Source: an uncultured Alphaproteobacteria bacterium (GTDB taxonomy: Bacteria > Pseudomonadota > Alphaproteobacteria > Rhizobiales > Xanthobacteraceae). From it: a DNA stretch of 64,000 nt. A program made the position numbers and the translations under genes. Below the pieces are notes generated by a model that was not told where the DNA came from, searched no databases, and was given only the letters and a program-made list of their open reading frames with translations. Of the stretch, positions 61,413 through 64,000 are shown in pieces (position 1 is the stretch's first letter; the number at the start of each line of letters is the position of its first letter). The stretch lies in contig CAVRVV010000009.1 in assembly GCA_963724715.1 (NCBI GenBank), positions 2,060,578-2,124,577 of the forward strand. The letters are read 5' to 3'.

Positions 61413-61502
61413 TGTAGCCCGGATTGAGCGCAGCGAAATCCGGGACCAGCGCGTCCGGCTGAAATGCCGCCCCGGGTTTCGCTGCGCTCAACCCGGGCTA
61501 CT
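61413..61502. repeat. REP-like palindromic element, family B, copy 2
   Basis: TGTAGCCCGGATTGAGCGCAGCGAAATCCGGG ... CCCGGGTTTCGCTGCGCTCAACCCGGGCTAC. It fills the whole convergent intergenic space. Confidence 0.8.
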
Positions 61503-61503
61503 G

Positions 61504-62229
61504 TCACCCCTTGCCATAAAACACCGGCACCGGGACGCCCTGCGTGATCGCCTCGATGCGCGCGTCCTCGTCTTGCTTTTTCTTCTCGCACAGCTCCAGC
61601 ACTTCCAGGATGTTGTCGCGCGGGATGAAGCAGACGCCGGTGTCGTCGGCGACGACGAGGTCGCCGGGATTGACCCGCACCTCGCCCATTTGGATCTCGC
61701 CGTTGATCTCGACGGTTTCGAGCCGCCATTTGCCGGTCGTCGGCGTGATCTCGCTGGCCCAGATCGGATAGCCGATCGAACGTGAATGGCGCACGTCGCG
61801 CACGCCGCCCATGACGATGGCGCCGCGCTCGCCCTGGCGCTGGCCGGTGTAGGAGGAGATGCCGCCCATGTTCGACATGCCGGCCACGCCCGCGATCACC
61901 AGCACGTCGCCGTCTTCGGCAAGATTGTGCGCTTCGAACTCGGCCATGCGGTTGACGTGGGTCTTTGCCGCAAGAGGATCGGAGCGCTGGCGGATGTTGC
62001 GCACGGTGAGCGCCGGGCCGACGATCAGCTGGCCGGGCAAGGTCGGTTTGAGCACCGTCGCGCCGATCACGCCTTCGGGCACGCCGAGCTCGTCCATCAC
62101 GTCGGAGATCAGGCTGGTGCATTCGCCGAGCGCGAGAAACCGCTCCACCGCGCCCGCGGGCGGCTTCGGCGTCGATTGCATTTTGATGCGCTCGGCCGCG
62201 ATCCGGCCGGTGAGTTTTTTGTCGGGCAT
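61504..62229 (-). CDS. RraA family protein (4-hydroxy-4-methyl-2-oxoglutarate aldolase/oxaloacetate decarboxylase-like)
   Basis: 241-aa ORF with a GGAGGAAA SD, reading GDVLVIAG...GGISSYTGQRQGERGAIVMGGVRD...PGDLVVADDTGV. Confidence 0.8.
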   Translation of the reverse strand: MPDKKLTGRIAAERIKMQSTPKPPAGAVERFLALGECTSLISDVMDELGVPEGVIGATVLKPTLPGQLIVGPALTVRNIRQRSDPLAAKTHVNRMAEFEAHNLAEDGDVLVIAGVAGMSNMGGISSYTGQRQGERGAIVMGGVRDVRHSRSIGYPIWASEITPTTGKWRLETVEINGEIQMGEVRVNPGDLVVADDTGVCFIPRDNILEVLELCEKKKQDEDARIEAITQGVPVPVFYGKG

Positions 62230-62247
62230 GGCGTTTCCTCCGAATTG

Positions 62248-62339
62248 CTGTAGCCCGGATTGAGCGTAGCGAAATCCGGGGCAGAATACTCGGCTCAGAT
62301 GCTGATCCCGGGTTTCGCTTCGCTCAACCCGGGCTACAG
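62248..62339. repeat. REP-like palindromic element, family B, copy 3
   Basis: CTGTAGCCCGGATTGAGCGTAGCGAAATCCGGG ... CCCGGGTTTCGCTTCGCTCAACCCGGGCTACAG. Confidence 0.8.
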
Positions 62340-62543
62340 GTCACGCAGGCCCAGAAAGCGGCCATCCCGATCGGCTTTTAATTGAACTGATCCCCTCCCC
62401 TTCCGTTGCCGAAAAACTTTGGCTTACGCCACACTCATCGGCGCTGTGAAAATCAAGAATGCCCGGCTCGAATCCAGCACGGCACAAGACGGCAGTCGAA
62501 AAATTTCGTATTGAGGTGGAGAGCTGGACATAGGCACCACAAC

Positions 62544-63191
62544 TTGCGCGATAGTGAACTACTCCGGATCGAGGCCGGACGGCGTATCGATGCGCTGCTC
62601 GCGGCCTATGCGGCCGGAACGTTGAGCGAGCCGTTCGCGGTGCTTGCCGCCTCCCATCTGCAGATGAAGGCCGATGTCCCGGCCCATGCAGTGCCGATCC
62701 GAATTTACCAGCGCGGGGATCGCGAGATGTCCGAGCTGGACCGGTTGAGCGTGTTGATGCCGCTGGCACTACGGTCCTATGTCAGCCGCCATGTCGGCGT
62801 GCTCAAATGGCGCACTATCATGCCCGGCATCAAGGAATGCAGGATCGTACGGAACGCGCGCGGCGAGGCGAGTTTCCTGCGTTGCCGACCCGGCGTGGCT
62901 CTTCCCGCGCACACGCACGAAGGGCTCGAAGCGACGCTCGTTCTGCAAGGCGCGTTCGACGACGTGACCGGTCATTATGCCCGCGGCGACATCGAGGTTA
63001 CCGACGACACGGTCGATCACCGGCCGGTTGCCGACCGCACCGCCGAGTGCATCGTTTTCGTAGTTCTCGAGGCGCCGGTGAAATTGACCGGACCATTCGG
63101 TCGCCTGATCCAGCGGATTTACACCCGGTGCAATGCCTATGTCCGCTCGTGGCAGATGCTGTGGCGCGTATCGAGAGCGGTTCCGAATTGA
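62544..63191 (+). CDS. ChrR-like cupin-domain protein (putative anti-sigma factor with a degenerate N-terminal domain)
   Basis: ORF 62406..63191. The start is very uncertain: TTG at 62544 is the first in-frame start near the DALLAAYAAGTLSEP motif. The cupin part reads ASFLRCRPGVALPAHTHEGLEATLVLQGAFDD..GHYARGD. Confidence 0.5.
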   Translation: MRDSELLRIEAGRRIDALLAAYAAGTLSEPFAVLAASHLQMKADVPAHAVPIRIYQRGDREMSELDRLSVLMPLALRSYVSRHVGVLKWRTIMPGIKECRIVRNARGEASFLRCRPGVALPAHTHEGLEATLVLQGAFDDVTGHYARGDIEVTDDTVDHRPVADRTAECIVFVVLEAPVKLTGPFGRLIQRIYTRCNAYVRSWQMLWRVSRAVPN

Positions 63192-63336
63192 TCCGACGCA
63201 AAGCACTACGGAGATCGCTCCGCGAACTGCGCCCGGCTTACAATTTGCCGCCGAAGTGAGCCGCGGGGTATCGCATTCGGCGGCATAGCGAGGCAAGATA
63301 ACTTCTCTGCGGAGCCCAGCCGCCACGGGTGCGACC

Positions 63337-64000
63337 ATGATGAAGCTCGGCTTGTTCGTCGAAGGCACCGGCCACCATATCGCCGCCTGGCGCGATCCCG
63401 ATGTCGATCCGCACGGAAGGCAGACACTCAAACACTACGTCGACATCGCGCGGCTGGCCGAACGCGGTAAGTTCGATCTGTTGTTCATGGCCGACACCAA
63501 CGCCACCTTCGGCCCGGACGACGTCGAGACCTGGACGCGCACCACGCAAGCGTCGCGGCTCGAACCGATCACGCTGTTGGGCGCGCTGGCCGCCGTCACC
63601 GAGCGCATCGGGCTCGTGGCGACGGCAACGACGACCTATTTCGAGCCGTTCCATGTGGCGCGCTTCTTTGCCTCCATCGACCAGATCAGCGGCGGACGCG
63701 CCGGGTGGAACCTGGTGACGTCGCTCGCCGTGGCCGAGGCTTACAATTTCGGCCGTGAGAGCCATCCGCATCACGGCGACCGCTACGCGCGGGCGCGTGA
63801 GTTCGCCAAAGTGGTGCTCGGGCTGTGGGACAGTTTTGAAGACGGCGCCGTCATCGCCGACAAGGAAACCGGCATCTATTTCGATGCGGCGAAGCTGCAT
63901 TTCCTCAACCACAAGGGCAAGCACTTTGCGGTGCGCGGGCCGCTCACCGTGCATCGCTCGCCGCAAGGCCATCCCGTCATCGTGCAAGCCGGCCAGTCCG
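63337..64000 (+). CDS. LLM-class flavin-dependent monooxygenase (NtaA/SnaA/DszA-like); only the first roughly 221 codons are present because the gene runs off the right edge
   Basis: Hand translation from the ATG at 63337: MMKLGLFVEGTGHHIAAWRDPDVDP...FDLLFMADT...GGRAGWNLVTS...HHGDRYARAREF...GPLTVHRSPQGHPVIVQAGQS. It is absent from the ORF track because there is no stop in the window. The listed minus ORF 63238..63987 is its antisense shadow. Confidence 0.85.
   Translation, partial: MMKLGLFVEGTGHHIAAWRDPDVDPHGRQTLKHYVDIARLAERGKFDLLFMADTNATFGPDDVETWTRTTQASRLEPITLLGALAAVTERIGLVATATTTYFEPFHVARFFASIDQISGGRAGWNLVTSLAVAEAYNFGRESHPHHGDRYARAREFAKVVLGLWDSFEDGAVIADKETGIYFDAAKLHFLNHKGKHFAVRGPLTVHRSPQGHPVIVQAGQS

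Noticed and set aside
10791-62339. The possibility that the recurring palindromic repeats (families A, B and C) form a CRISPR array.
   Set aside because: The copies are tens of kilobases apart rather than regularly spaced with short spacers. They are imperfect and internally palindromic over 80-140 bp, and no cas genes are present. They fit REP/MITE-like intergenic elements.

Overview
This is a high-GC alphaproteobacterial chromosome segment. Gene content, three REP-like repeat families and a tRNA-His without G-1 point to Rhizobiales/Bradyrhizobiaceae. I count about 63 densely packed protein-coding genes, one tRNA, and no rRNA.

Content by theme:
- Transport: seven orphan TctC/Bug-type solute-binding proteins, a potABC-like ABC transporter without a binding protein, a LivK-like binding protein, and a VIT1/CCC1 metal transporter.
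- Aromatic/quinone-type catabolism: two UbiD-family decarboxylases, an intradiol dioxygenase and a VOC ring-cleavage dioxygenase, a flavin reductase, two MetE-like proteins, a cyclase/formamidase-like protein and an acyl-CoA synthetase.
- Other metabolism: malonyl-CoA decarboxylase plus a family III CoA-transferase.
- PQQ: a complete pqqABCDE operon followed by a PQQ-dependent sugar dehydrogenase and a dihaem cytochrome c. pqqA is a 25-codon ORF absent from the supplied ORF track.
- Storage: two tandem phasin genes with a strong inverted repeat between them.
- Signalling: a hybrid histidine kinase, a PleC/DivJ/PdhS-type kinase, two tandem single-domain response regulators, a membrane/2Fe-2S/class III cyclase, two MarR regulators and a ChrR-like protein.

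I found no CRISPR array, transposase, integrase, prophage or recognisable defence system, and no clear-cut novel multi-gene system.

The most unusual observations are:
1. A clustered set of at least 15 single-nucleotide frame disruptions in about 11 otherwise well-conserved genes. This is either gene decay or assembly indels.
2. A membrane (haem-b-like) + adrenodoxin-type 2Fe-2S + nucleotide cyclase protein.
3. A single 857-codon ORF fusing a CelD-like GNAT domain to an ATP-grasp domain, translationally coupled to a metallophosphoesterase.
4. A perfect 21-bp tandem repeat in the divergent acyl-CoA synthetase/UbiD region.
5. A roughly 900-bp gene-free, highly structured gap.
6. A duplicated roughly 190-bp promoter/signal-peptide module in front of two TctC paralogues.

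All family assignments come from reading the translations and recalling family hallmarks. No database search was run.
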